DNA of 64,000 nucleotides from an uncultured delta proteobacterium (GTDB taxonomy: Bacteria; Desulfobacterota; Binatia; UBA9968). Every line of letters starts with the position of its first letter. Within the stretch, counting starts at the first letter, position 1. The translations under genes were made by a program, and so were the position numbers. Below, piece by piece: positions 20,626-29,424 of the stretch. The stretch lies in assembly GCA_963816145.1 (NCBI GenBank), contig CAWFJP010000031.1, positions 352,001 to 416,000 of the forward strand, given 5' to 3'. Under the pieces are notes generated by a model. It had not been told where the DNA came from. It saw only the letters and a list, made by a program, of their open reading frames with translations, and did not search any database.

Positions 20626-21639
20626 ATGAAATTTGGTATTCACATTCTTCCGACGTATATGCCCGATGTCGAAGGGGCATTGCCGGACTTTTACCAACAG
20701 ATGTACGACCAGATTATCGAAGTCGAAAGGCTCGGCTTCGAACAAGCGTGGGTGACCGAACATCACTTCGGCGGTTATGGCGGTACTCTGCCGCATCCGC
20801 CGACATTTTTAGCGGCGGTTGCCGGTAAGACGACGAAGATTCGCTTGGGCGTCGCGGTGGCGGTGTTACCGTTGCACAACCCATTACAATTGGCCGAAGC
20901 CTATGCCATGGCCGATGTGATCTCCGGTGGCCGGCTCGATTTCGGCATCGGCAAGGGCAGCGAGCCGGTGGAGTATCGCAAGTTCGGCATGAACCGCGAT
21001 GAAGCGACGCAGCGTTTTGGCGAGTGCACGGAGATTATCCGCCAGGCGTGGTCCGACGGGCCGGTGAATTTTCATGGCGAATTCTACAATTACGAGGGCG
21101 TCGACATTCTGCCCAAGCCGTTGCAGCGGCCGCACCCGCGCATCTGGGTTGGCGCGACGCGATCTGAGGATACCTTTCGTGGTGCCGGTGCCAACGGTTA
21201 CGATCTAATGACGGTGCCGTTCGTCCATCCGACCACCGACGCGCTGCGCGATTTGGTGCTGATGTACCGGAGCGAGCTGTCGCGCGCCGGCCATGATTTC
21301 GTCGGCCGCGATGTGCTCGGCAAGTTTCACATCTATGTCTCCGATAGTTTCGAACGCGGTATGCGCGAAGCCGCGCCGTTCATGAAGAACTACAGCGATA
21401 TTCACACCGCGGTCGATCCCAAACGCAAAATCACCGAGCGCGATATCGGTTCGGACATGGCGCGCGGGTTTATCATTGTCGGCGACCCCGAGCGGTGTAG
21501 CGACACGATTCGGCGCTGGCAGGAAGAGGCCGGGATCACCGTGTTCTCAGGGACTTTTCATTTCGGCGGCATGCCGCAGGATATGGCGCTCAAAAGCCTG
21601 CGTTTGTTCGCCGACCGGGTGATGCCGGCGCTGGCGTGA
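20626..21639 (+). CDS. Luciferase-like (LLM) flavin-dependent oxidoreductase
   Basis: MKFGI, WVTEHHF, LPLHNPLQLAE, GRLDFGIG, PKPLQRPHP. Confidence 0.92.
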   Translation: MKFGIHILPTYMPDVEGALPDFYQQMYDQIIEVERLGFEQAWVTEHHFGGYGGTLPHPPTFLAAVAGKTTKIRLGVAVAVLPLHNPLQLAEAYAMADVISGGRLDFGIGKGSEPVEYRKFGMNRDEATQRFGECTEIIRQAWSDGPVNFHGEFYNYEGVDILPKPLQRPHPRIWVGATRSEDTFRGAGANGYDLMTVPFVHPTTDALRDLVLMYRSELSRAGHDFVGRDVLGKFHIYVSDSFERGMREAAPFMKNYSDIHTAVDPKRKITERDIGSDMARGFIIVGDPERCSDTIRRWQEEAGITVFSGTFHFGGMPQDMALKSLRLFADRVMPALA

Positions 21640-21736
21640 CTTCAGGGTAGCGTGGTGAATTGCGATCGGACAGTGTCCCCGTGGCCAACCGGATGCATGT
21701 CCTTACTGATCGACGGGCATAAGTCGACCCGAAGGA

Positions 21737-22831
21737 TTATTTGCCGGTGACGAAAGCGCTGGCGAGGTTTTCTTTTGACTGTAAATCTTGGCGCGTCTTT
21801 TCAGCTTCTTGGTTGGTGGAAAAGCGGCCGACCCGGACGCGATACCACAGGGCCGAGTTGATTTCGGCTTCGACGATAAACGCGTCGAACCCTTTGCTCT
21901 TTAACTTGTCCTGCAAAAACTGCGCGGCTGATTGATCCTTGGTGGCGGAAATTTGCACAGACCAGGTGTTGGCCGTTAAATCTTTTTTCGCAGCGGGGCT
22001 GGTCACCGGTTTAGATTCTGCGGTGTCCGGTTGGGTGACGTTGAGGGCGCTCGCTTCCAGGTTTTTCTTCATCTTCGCCGATGGGGCGTCGCCGTCTTGG
22101 GCGATGGCGCTGACGACCTTCAGCGGCGGTACCGCCGTCGTATTTTCGGCCAAGCGTTCGCCTTCGATTGCTCTTGTGTCTGCGGCGGTGTCCTCGGATA
22201 CCGCTTCGGCTCGAGATGACGTGTTAGTCAGGTACGCCAGCACCGGCCGGCGGGCCGCAGCCAATTGCAGAGCGGTTTGCCGTCTTTCGGCGATTTTTTG
22301 GCCGGCAATGAAGCCGAAAAATCCCGCTGCCGCGGCGGTGATGACAAAGCTCATCCCGAGAGTCACCAGCTGGCTACGCGAAAAATAAGTCGGTTGTGGA
22401 GTTGCGTCGGGTTCGCTAGCTGTTGGAGCTTCCGGCCACTGAGGAATTGGCGCTAACATTTTTTCTTTGCTGGTATCGTCCTCTGTCGCTTTACGCTCCG
22501 ATTTTGCCGGCGGCAGAGTGGCCAAGGAAAGCAGCTGCAGGGTTTGAATCGATGGGCGAAACTCGGCGATCAATGCCTGAGCGCGGCTTGCGCGCAGATT
22601 AGTTTCACAGACTTCGAATGAAAAATAGCTCGGTTGCTGGCCACGAAACAACTTTTCTGCTTCTTTTCTATGCAGGAGCAGCGCTTCGCGAAGGTCGGCC
22701 GCTTCGCCGATGAAAAGCTGCTGGCGCCGAGTGTGCAGTCCGTAGACACCGGAAACGGCCGGCACGATTCGCTCGACGACCGCGCCCTCGAATGGGTGGC
22801 AATGGCCTTGCGGCTGCCAGGGGTGTGCCAT
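21737..22831 (-). CDS. SPOR domain protein with N-terminal GIY-YIG-like domain and one TM helix
   Basis: PAVSGVYGL..LFIGEAADLR; TM LVTLGMSFVITAAAAGFFGFIAG; SPOR WSVQISA..L.SKGFDAFI..WYRVRVGRF. Confidence 0.8.
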   Translation of the reverse strand: MAHPWQPQGHCHPFEGAVVERIVPAVSGVYGLHTRRQQLFIGEAADLREALLLHRKEAEKLFRGQQPSYFSFEVCETNLRASRAQALIAEFRPSIQTLQLLSLATLPPAKSERKATEDDTSKEKMLAPIPQWPEAPTASEPDATPQPTYFSRSQLVTLGMSFVITAAAAGFFGFIAGQKIAERRQTALQLAAARRPVLAYLTNTSSRAEAVSEDTAADTRAIEGERLAENTTAVPPLKVVSAIAQDGDAPSAKMKKNLEASALNVTQPDTAESKPVTSPAAKKDLTANTWSVQISATKDQSAAQFLQDKLKSKGFDAFIVEAEINSALWYRVRVGRFSTNQEAEKTRQDLQSKENLASAFVTGK

Positions 22832-23142
22832 CAAAAAAGTTCCCCCGTATTTGGGGTGTGTCCCGGACGGTAAGTCGTAAGGTTCTGCAGGCGTCGGTTC
22901 ACGTTCGTTTGGTTTTGTTTCAGTCGGCTAGATGAGCCGTGCTGTTACTGTGCTGCAAAGATTCTATCGAGGCTAAACAACGTCGCTTTGGGTTGGGCCA
23001 GTATCCGGCACCGATTCCAGATAATTATTAGCTTACGAGCCGGATTTGGACAAGTTCTTTGTCGAACAATTCGCGATTTTTTTCGCGTCAGGCGGGAATT
23101 TATGCCGTTCTACCGAATCCGTTTTTGTGCTACAGATGACCA

Positions 23143-24465
23143 ATGGAGTCGAATCCAGCCAAGGACCGATCGCCGCGTATCCTGAACCTGCTGCCGTTTT
23201 ACTATGGCTGGTTCATCGTCGCGCTCAGTTTCCTCGCTAACCTGACCGCGGCGGGTATCCGTTCGGCGCCGTCGGTGCTGATTCATCCACTCGAAGCGGA
23301 GTTCGGTTGGAGTCGTACGGAAGTTGCTTCGGCGGCAAGTCTCAACTTGCTGCTTCTGGGTTTGTTTGCGCCGGTGGGTGGATGGCTGATTGATCGTATC
23401 GGCGCGCGCCGCGTCATAATCGGAAGTCTCGCGACAATTGCAATTGGACTCGTCGCGGTGACGCAGGTGCAGCAGCTCTGGCAATTGATTTTGCTCTGGG
23501 GCGTGGTCCTGGGTGTCGCTACCGGCATCACACCGGCGCTTGGCGCCAGCATCGCCAGCCGCTGGTTTGTCGACCGACGCGGTCTGGCGGTGGGCATCAT
23601 GACCAATGCCAACGCCGCGGGGCAAATTGTCTTTCTTCCCTTGTTGATGTCGGTTATTGTCGTCGCTGGCTGGCGCAATGCGCTGATGTTGATCACCGCG
23701 ACCGCTTGTGTGTTGATCCCGGCGATCTGGTTTTGGATGCGCGACCGGCCCAGCGAAGTCGGTCTTGAGCCTTACCGCTCCGGCGCGGGCGCCAACGTCA
23801 AGTCCGGCAAGAGTTTTACCCGTGGTGAGATCCGGCCAATGTCGTTCGCAGCGATTTCCGAGGTGATGAAAGCGCCGACGTTTTGGATTCTCGCCGGCTG
23901 CTTTTTTATCTGCGGCGTTACCGCCAACGGCCTGATCGGTACGCATTTGATCCCGTATGCCATCGAACGCGGCATCCCTCAGGTGACCGCGGCGACCGCC
24001 GTGGGCATCATGGGTGGCGCGAGTTTTATCGGCACGACCGTTTCCGGTTATCTGGTCGACCGTGTCGATCCGCGCAAAGTCCTTTCCGTGGTTTACTGTT
24101 TGCGCGGAACGGCGTTGTTGATGCTGCCGTTTGTTTCTACCGCCGTGGGGTTGTTCATGTTCGCTGTCTTATACGGGCTCGATTGGTACGCCTCGGGACC
24201 AGCGACCACGACCATGATCGCGCGGAAATTCGGTTCGGAAAGAGTTGGCCAAGTCTTCGGCACGATCTTTGTTTTTCATCAGCTGGGCGGAGCGGCGGCG
24301 GCCATCGGCGGTGGCTGGGTGCGCGTTCACTTTGGTGATTATCAAAACGCCTTCTTGATCGGCGGCTGCTTGGGTTTGGTCGCCGCGTGCTTGGCTCTGA
24401 CCGTTGACCGGCGCGCAGTGGCGCGGCCGGAGCTGCCGGCGGCACCGGAACTTGCCGGAGCGTGA
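23143..24465 (+). CDS. MFS transporter, paralog of 8687-10000
   Basis: LPFYYGWFI, RSAPSVLIHPLE, GWLIDRIGARR. Confidence 0.9.
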   Translation: MESNPAKDRSPRILNLLPFYYGWFIVALSFLANLTAAGIRSAPSVLIHPLEAEFGWSRTEVASAASLNLLLLGLFAPVGGWLIDRIGARRVIIGSLATIAIGLVAVTQVQQLWQLILLWGVVLGVATGITPALGASIASRWFVDRRGLAVGIMTNANAAGQIVFLPLLMSVIVVAGWRNALMLITATACVLIPAIWFWMRDRPSEVGLEPYRSGAGANVKSGKSFTRGEIRPMSFAAISEVMKAPTFWILAGCFFICGVTANGLIGTHLIPYAIERGIPQVTAATAVGIMGGASFIGTTVSGYLVDRVDPRKVLSVVYCLRGTALLMLPFVSTAVGLFMFAVLYGLDWYASGPATTTMIARKFGSERVGQVFGTIFVFHQLGGAAAAIGGGWVRVHFGDYQNAFLIGGCLGLVAACLALTVDRRAVARPELPAAPELAGA

Positions 24466-24521
24466 GATTCTTGAGGTTCGGCGCATCCCCTGTGACTTGA
24501 ACCAGGAGTGGAAAAATCATC

Positions 24522-25349
24522 ATGGTAAAAACCGGTGATCATGATTCGATCGTAAGACGCAGTTCGTCGTGGTGGTTGTTTGGCTCGTTGCAGAAGTTTC
24601 TAGCGATCCTGACGGTTGTTGCAATTGTCGCGAATTTTGGCGTGAAGGCTCATGCCGCTTCGAGCCAGCCAAAGTTACCATTCAACGCGCAAGTTGATGT
24701 TTTTATCTCGGCCGATGAAACAGCAACGTTGATCGAGACCGTCAGTGACGGCGCGTCGCTGACGCCGATGGGCGAGATGATGGGTGCCGGCGGCGTTAAG
24801 TGGTTCATGGTAAAGACGCCGGCGGGTAATGTCGGTTGGATCAAAGCCGGCGCTAATTCCGCGGCGCGCCAAGTTGACGATCACTTTCGCTCATTGCCGA
24901 AGGAGTCGACGTCGGTCGGGCCGGCTCGCAACCCCCCCCAAGGTGGCTCGGGGATTTCTGCCCAGGGGAGCACGACGATCCCTATCCAAGTGCGAGGTCG
25001 TCACATTATTGTTCCGGTCACTTTCAACGATTCTGTTACCGGCAACTTGGTGTTGGATACCGGAGCCGGCCAGACCATGATCTCGAAACGGATCGCCAAC
25101 GATTTGCGGCTTTACACTACCGGGGCAGGAACTCGGATCGGCATCGGTGGTGCGGTTTCAGTGTCTACTGCAACCCTTGATGCTGTCCGAGTGGGAGATG
25201 CTGACGTTAAGAATCTGCGCGTGAGTATTCACGATATTCCTTTCAACGCGTTTGAAGAAGGGCTCCTGGGAATGGACTTTCTTGGCCGCTTTCAAATGTC
25301 CTTGGACATCGAGAAGCGGGTTTTGATTCTTGCGCCGCGAAAAGGATAA
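24522..25349 (+). CDS. Exported retropepsin-like aspartyl protease with SH3-like domain
   Basis: Hydrophobic N-terminus; WFMVKT..GNVGWI (SH3b-like); LDTGA and GLLGMDFL. Confidence 0.85.
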   Translation: MVKTGDHDSIVRRSSSWWLFGSLQKFLAILTVVAIVANFGVKAHAASSQPKLPFNAQVDVFISADETATLIETVSDGASLTPMGEMMGAGGVKWFMVKTPAGNVGWIKAGANSAARQVDDHFRSLPKESTSVGPARNPPQGGSGISAQGSTTIPIQVRGRHIIVPVTFNDSVTGNLVLDTGAGQTMISKRIANDLRLYTTGAGTRIGIGGAVSVSTATLDAVRVGDADVKNLRVSIHDIPFNAFEEGLLGMDFLGRFQMSLDIEKRVLILAPRKG

Positions 25350-25351
25350 AT

Positions 25352-26368
25352 TTGGCGATCATGCGGCGGCAAAATAGAGTGTTAAGACGGGCCCATCGGA
25401 AAGTATCCGCGACTATGGTAGTCATTGGTTGGTTGGCGTTATTCGCGCCGCCGACTCAGCTGGTCGCCCAAGACCGCGTCAAATTTCCCGCTGGCGTCGG
25501 CACCAAGACACTCGGCACTGGTCTGATCTGGCTAGCCACCAAGAAGGGCTTCTTCGACGAATTTAACCTCGACGTTCAGCCGGTGCTTTTGCGCGGTACG
25601 CCGGTGGCGGTGCAAGCCCTGGTCGGCGAGTCGCTATATCTGACCATGGGCTCGGCCGATGCGATGGCGAGCGCGGCGGCGGGCGGCGCGGAATTGGTGA
25701 GTGTCGCCGGCGTCATCAATGGACTGACCCAAGCAATTGTCGCCGGCAAGAAATACAAGAGTTTCAAGGAACTGCGCGGCACCACTGTCGGTGTGCAGTC
25801 GTTGGCTTCGGGCGCGACCACCGTGCTCAAACGCATCTTCAAAAAGAATGGTCTGGACTATCCCGCCGACTACAAGCTCTTGGCAGTGGGCGGCGGCAAC
25901 TTCAATCTCGCGGCATTGAACTCCGGTCAAGTAGCGGCGGCGTTTCTGGTTGTTCCGTTGGTTTTCAGCGCCGAAGAACAAGGCATGAATGTTCTCGGCT
26001 ACTACAAAGACTATTTTCCGAACTACCAGCTCACCGTGATGTCAGTTAAGCGGGGCTGGGCTGAAAAGAATCGCCCCCTTCTAGTTCGTTTCATAAAAGG
26101 CACGCTGCGCGCGAACCGCTGGCTATTTGCCAATCGTGACGCCGCGAGCGAGTTCTTTGCCAAAGAAATTCAAATGTCGCCGGACATGGCGCGTAGGGGT
26201 TGGGATTACTATACGTCAAACCGCATCTGGCATCCCAATTTGGACTTGAACGGCGATGGGATGAGGTTGGCGCTGGAAATTCTCGCCGAGGAAACCAAAG
26301 CCGCGCCGCAGGACGCGACCAAGTACATCGATCGTAGTTATTTGCAGCAGGCGCTCAAGGAATTATAA
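25352..26368 (+). CDS. NMT1/SsuA-type substrate-binding protein (start uncertain)
   Basis: KKGFFDEFNLDV, ELRGTTVGVQS, YIDRSYL. Confidence 0.85.
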   Translation: MAIMRRQNRVLRRAHRKVSATMVVIGWLALFAPPTQLVAQDRVKFPAGVGTKTLGTGLIWLATKKGFFDEFNLDVQPVLLRGTPVAVQALVGESLYLTMGSADAMASAAAGGAELVSVAGVINGLTQAIVAGKKYKSFKELRGTTVGVQSLASGATTVLKRIFKKNGLDYPADYKLLAVGGGNFNLAALNSGQVAAAFLVVPLVFSAEEQGMNVLGYYKDYFPNYQLTVMSVKRGWAEKNRPLLVRFIKGTLRANRWLFANRDAASEFFAKEIQMSPDMARRGWDYYTSNRIWHPNLDLNGDGMRLALEILAEETKAAPQDATKYIDRSYLQQALKEL

Positions 26369-26382
26369 GACGCGAACGGGAT

Positions 26383-26763
26383 ATGAAAAACCAAATCAAA
26401 CCTGGACTCAAACATTCCCAAACCTACGAAACCACCAATCACATGCGCGCACCGCAGTTGAGCCATGCCGATGTCTTTTCGACGCCGTCGATGATCGGCT
26501 TGATGGAAGGCACCTGCGTGCGGCTGACAGCGCCTTTTATGGACGAGGGCGAAAACAGCGTCGGTATGCACGTCGACGTGCACCACCTGGCACCGACCAA
26601 GATCGGCCAAAGCGTGACCGTGACCGCGGAAATATTGGAAATCGCCGGCAACAAGATCCGCTATGGGGTCTCCGCGGTGAACGACGCCGGCGTGAAAATT
26701 GGCGAGGGCACCCATCGGCGCGCGGTGATACGGCCGAAAAAGGTTGCCGGCGACCGACCCTAA
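26383..26763 (+). CDS. FlK-type (fluoroacetyl-CoA-like) hotdog thioesterase
   Basis: VFSTPSMIGLMEG, SVG..VHHLAPT, GEGTHRRA. Confidence 0.88.
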   Translation: MKNQIKPGLKHSQTYETTNHMRAPQLSHADVFSTPSMIGLMEGTCVRLTAPFMDEGENSVGMHVDVHHLAPTKIGQSVTVTAEILEIAGNKIRYGVSAVNDAGVKIGEGTHRRAVIRPKKVAGDRP

Positions 26764-26822
26764 CGCATGCCGATTTTACTTCCTTTAGACTTCAGCCGGC
26801 GTATGAGGAGAGTGGAGGATTG

Positions 26823-27498
26823 ATGTTGCCGTGCAAGCGCTCACAATTCAATCTTGGGCAAGTTTTTGTGTTGCTCAGTATAGCGGCTTCCAGTTCCCGC
26901 GGACCGGCGATGGTTTCCCACGGGGAGCAGGCCAAACCGATGCCGGCGATACCGTCGGCCGCAGCGGCGACGGTGCTGGGGCAAGTCAGGTGATTCCGCC
27001 CCTGCAGCACCTGGGCCGGGCGGAACACCGCATCCGGCGATGATCACGCCGGCTTTCTATTACGAACCGGTGGGACCGTTCTTTTTCAAGGTCGAAACTC
27101 TGACCAGTACGGGGCCGAGCAAGCATGGTTTCACGCCAACCGTGCCCCGGGTGGACGGCGGTGTATTCAAACGCGGCATGCCCATCGTCATGGGTTTGGA
27201 AATTTTCAATACCGAGACTGGCCCGCATGTGACCAACACGCTAGCGGTAACTCATGACGATGCAGCGACGGGGTATGCCTGCGGCTTTAACAGCAACGGC
27301 GATATCATCATCGATCTGATCGCCACCGGCAAACCGGGAACGCATTTGATCAATCTCTACCCGGCGATCTACAAAGGTAAAGACCGCGTGCCGTGGAATT
27401 ATCAGACGCCGTTTTTGACTTACGCACAGGAATTTCCGGCTCGATTCGCAGGCTACCGTTTGTCCGCTTATCGGTTGGCCATCGAAGTCTCTCCGTAG
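26823..27498 (+). CDS. Hypothetical protein, probably one gene with a +1 frameshift at the G run 26978-26981
   Basis: GGAGG RBS and ATG at 26823; removing one G joins this frame to the 27040-27498 ORF. Confidence 0.45.
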
Positions 27499-27591
27499 CG
27501 CGCTCTTTGATTTCCAATCACTGCGATTTGTTTCCTGTAGCTTGCTCGGTCGAGTTGATTGCGGCTCCGGGAGGCGTCATTTGGCTGGGTT

Positions 27592-28491
27592 TCAAATTTT
27601 TTCCTGTTCGGCCCAGAACTCCGCTATGTCGATGCAGCGGCAAAACCACACCTCGGGATGGGTTTTTACGTATTCCAGAAATTGTTCGAAAACCTTGGCC
27701 AGTCCCGGTCGACCGCCCGTGAAATTATGCATTGCATAGCGAAATTTCATCGGATGGGTGACGCTCTCATCATAATGCGCGTCAAATTCATCGCGCAGTT
27801 GTTGTAGAGCACCACTTAGGCCGAGGGGTAGAAGGTCATTGTCGGTATAGGATGGGCGAACGTAACCGACTGAAACAATCTTCTTGCCGCCGACATCGAT
27901 GATATAGGGCACGTCGGAGTCGCAGTAGTCGCCGTTCCAACGAAAACCCAAAGACGCGCTAAGCTCGAGGGTGAATGGGCTTGGTCGAGGCCCGGGCGAC
28001 ATGTAGCCGAGCGGGCGCACGCCGGTCGCCTTCTCGATCGCCTCGATCGATCTGACAATCGCTTGCCGTTCCTCTTCCCGGTTGTCGTAGTCGAAGGGAT
28101 GCCGGCTTTGGTCCCAGTGGTGGCAGGCGATTTCGTGGCCACGTTTGACGGCTTCTTTCAACGTGTCGGGGAATAGCTCGGCCATCAGGCCGCTGGTAAA
28201 CACTGTGACTTTGACATCAAACTTGCTCAGGACGTCCAGCAATCGGCGAAAGCCGAAGTTGGCTCCGTACTCTCTCGCGCCTAGGGCTAGAAAATCGAGG
28301 CAATTTGTTGCTGCAGACATCGTGCGCTTGCGGATCGTGTTTGAGCGCGGCGCCGACTCCCACTCGTGCATGATATTGAAAGTCACGGCGATGCGGTTGC
28401 CGCCGGGCCATTGCGTGAACCAGGTCGGCCGTCGTGGTGATTGGGGTCGATAATTCCATTGATAAACCTTGGGCAGCTCTCGGCTATCCAT
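27592..28491 (-). CDS. Polysaccharide deacetylase family (CE4, PuuE/allantoinase-like)
   Basis: WPGGNRIAV, EYGANFGFRRL, GHEIACHHW, RPLGYMSPG, DSDVPY. Confidence 0.85.
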   Translation of the reverse strand: MDSRELPKVYQWNYRPQSPRRPTWFTQWPGGNRIAVTFNIMHEWESAPRSNTIRKRTMSAATNCLDFLALGAREYGANFGFRRLLDVLSKFDVKVTVFTSGLMAELFPDTLKEAVKRGHEIACHHWDQSRHPFDYDNREEERQAIVRSIEAIEKATGVRPLGYMSPGPRPSPFTLELSASLGFRWNGDYCDSDVPYIIDVGGKKIVSVGYVRPSYTDNDLLPLGLSGALQQLRDEFDAHYDESVTHPMKFRYAMHNFTGGRPGLAKVFEQFLEYVKTHPEVWFCRCIDIAEFWAEQEKI

Positions 28492-28812
28492 AGCAGGTCG
28501 CCTTTCCCTGAAAAATGATTTGGTTCATTTGAGCTTGCCATCATCCTACGACGCCACTTCGCGGCCGGCGCATTGCGCCGGCCTCATCCAAGCGGGATGC
28601 TCGCCCGCTTTGGAAACACCGGTTAAAGGTTCCATGCTCATATCAGCATGTTCCACGACAAAGTTCCGGCAAAGTTCGGGCCAAACTAACTAACGGGGAC
28701 CGATCATTTTAGACCGAAAGATCATTGGCAGAATGGGAGGGATGAAGGTAAATCGAACGGAAGGACAACGAAAGCGGGCCTGGCTGGCGCAAGTCTTTCG
28801 AATGCAAATAAT

Positions 28813-28847
28813 AAAAAGGGCCTTCGGACTGACCGGAAGCCCTTTTT
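28813..28847. terminator. Rho-independent terminator, bidirectional-looking
   Basis: aaaaagggccttc...gaagcccttttt. Confidence 0.8.
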
Positions 28848-29112
28848 GACCGGAGCGTTCGTACGCTCTAAGTTCTTTCAAAATTTTTAATTCGGCGGCG
28901 AAAGAACTCAACAGGTTGCCGAAATCGGCCTTGGTATTGTCTGCTCGTGTTTAGCCTTGCTATGTACTCGCCTCAGCGAGCCTGTAACCTTTCGGGGTTT
29001 TGCGTGAAGGCGTAACAGCTAGCAATTCGAACCCTGAATCCGCTCTTCCGCAGCGCAATTCTACTGTTTTTGATTCGGTGGAGTTCCCTCATTCATACGG
29101 TGCACCTCCTGT
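28813..29112 (-). ncRNA. Candidate sigma-54-dependent small RNA / sORF transcript
   Basis: Sigma-54 motif at 29124-29138, AGGAGG at 29105-29110, 11-codon ORF at 29061-29096, five hairpins, terminator; no long ORF. Confidence 0.55.
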
Positions 29113-29123
29113 ACACCGCTTGA

Positions 29124-29138
29124 GCAAAGGCGATGCCA
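29124..29138 (-). promoter_or_regulatory. Sigma-54 -24/-12 promoter
   Basis: Minus strand reads TGGCAT-CGCCT-TTGC(T). Confidence 0.75.
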
Positions 29139-29424
29139 AGCGCCCCCGCGATCAATTGCTGGTACTTTCAAGGCTTTGCAGTGAGATCGGTCTGCTCGAC
29201 CATATCATGGGTCGGAATTTTGTCTGTGGGTTTTCCACGAGTTGGGAATTCTCGCGTGCTCGATTTGATCGGAATGATGGCTGCGCAAAAGTTTTCGGGT
29301 CCTAAAGTTGGGCGACTGACCTATCCGGGGAAAGGGACGATGTTGTTTAGCCACGGCGGTTGGCAGGGACAAAACTCTTCTCGACGCCTCGCCGTGCAAG
29401 TGTCCGGAATGCACCCGTACTGCC

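Noticed and set aside
28940-29020. c-di-GMP-I riboswitch suggested by GCAAAACCCCGAAAGG
   Set aside because: The second stem (GACGCAAAGC) is missing and no gene follows directly; kept only as part of the sRNA candidate
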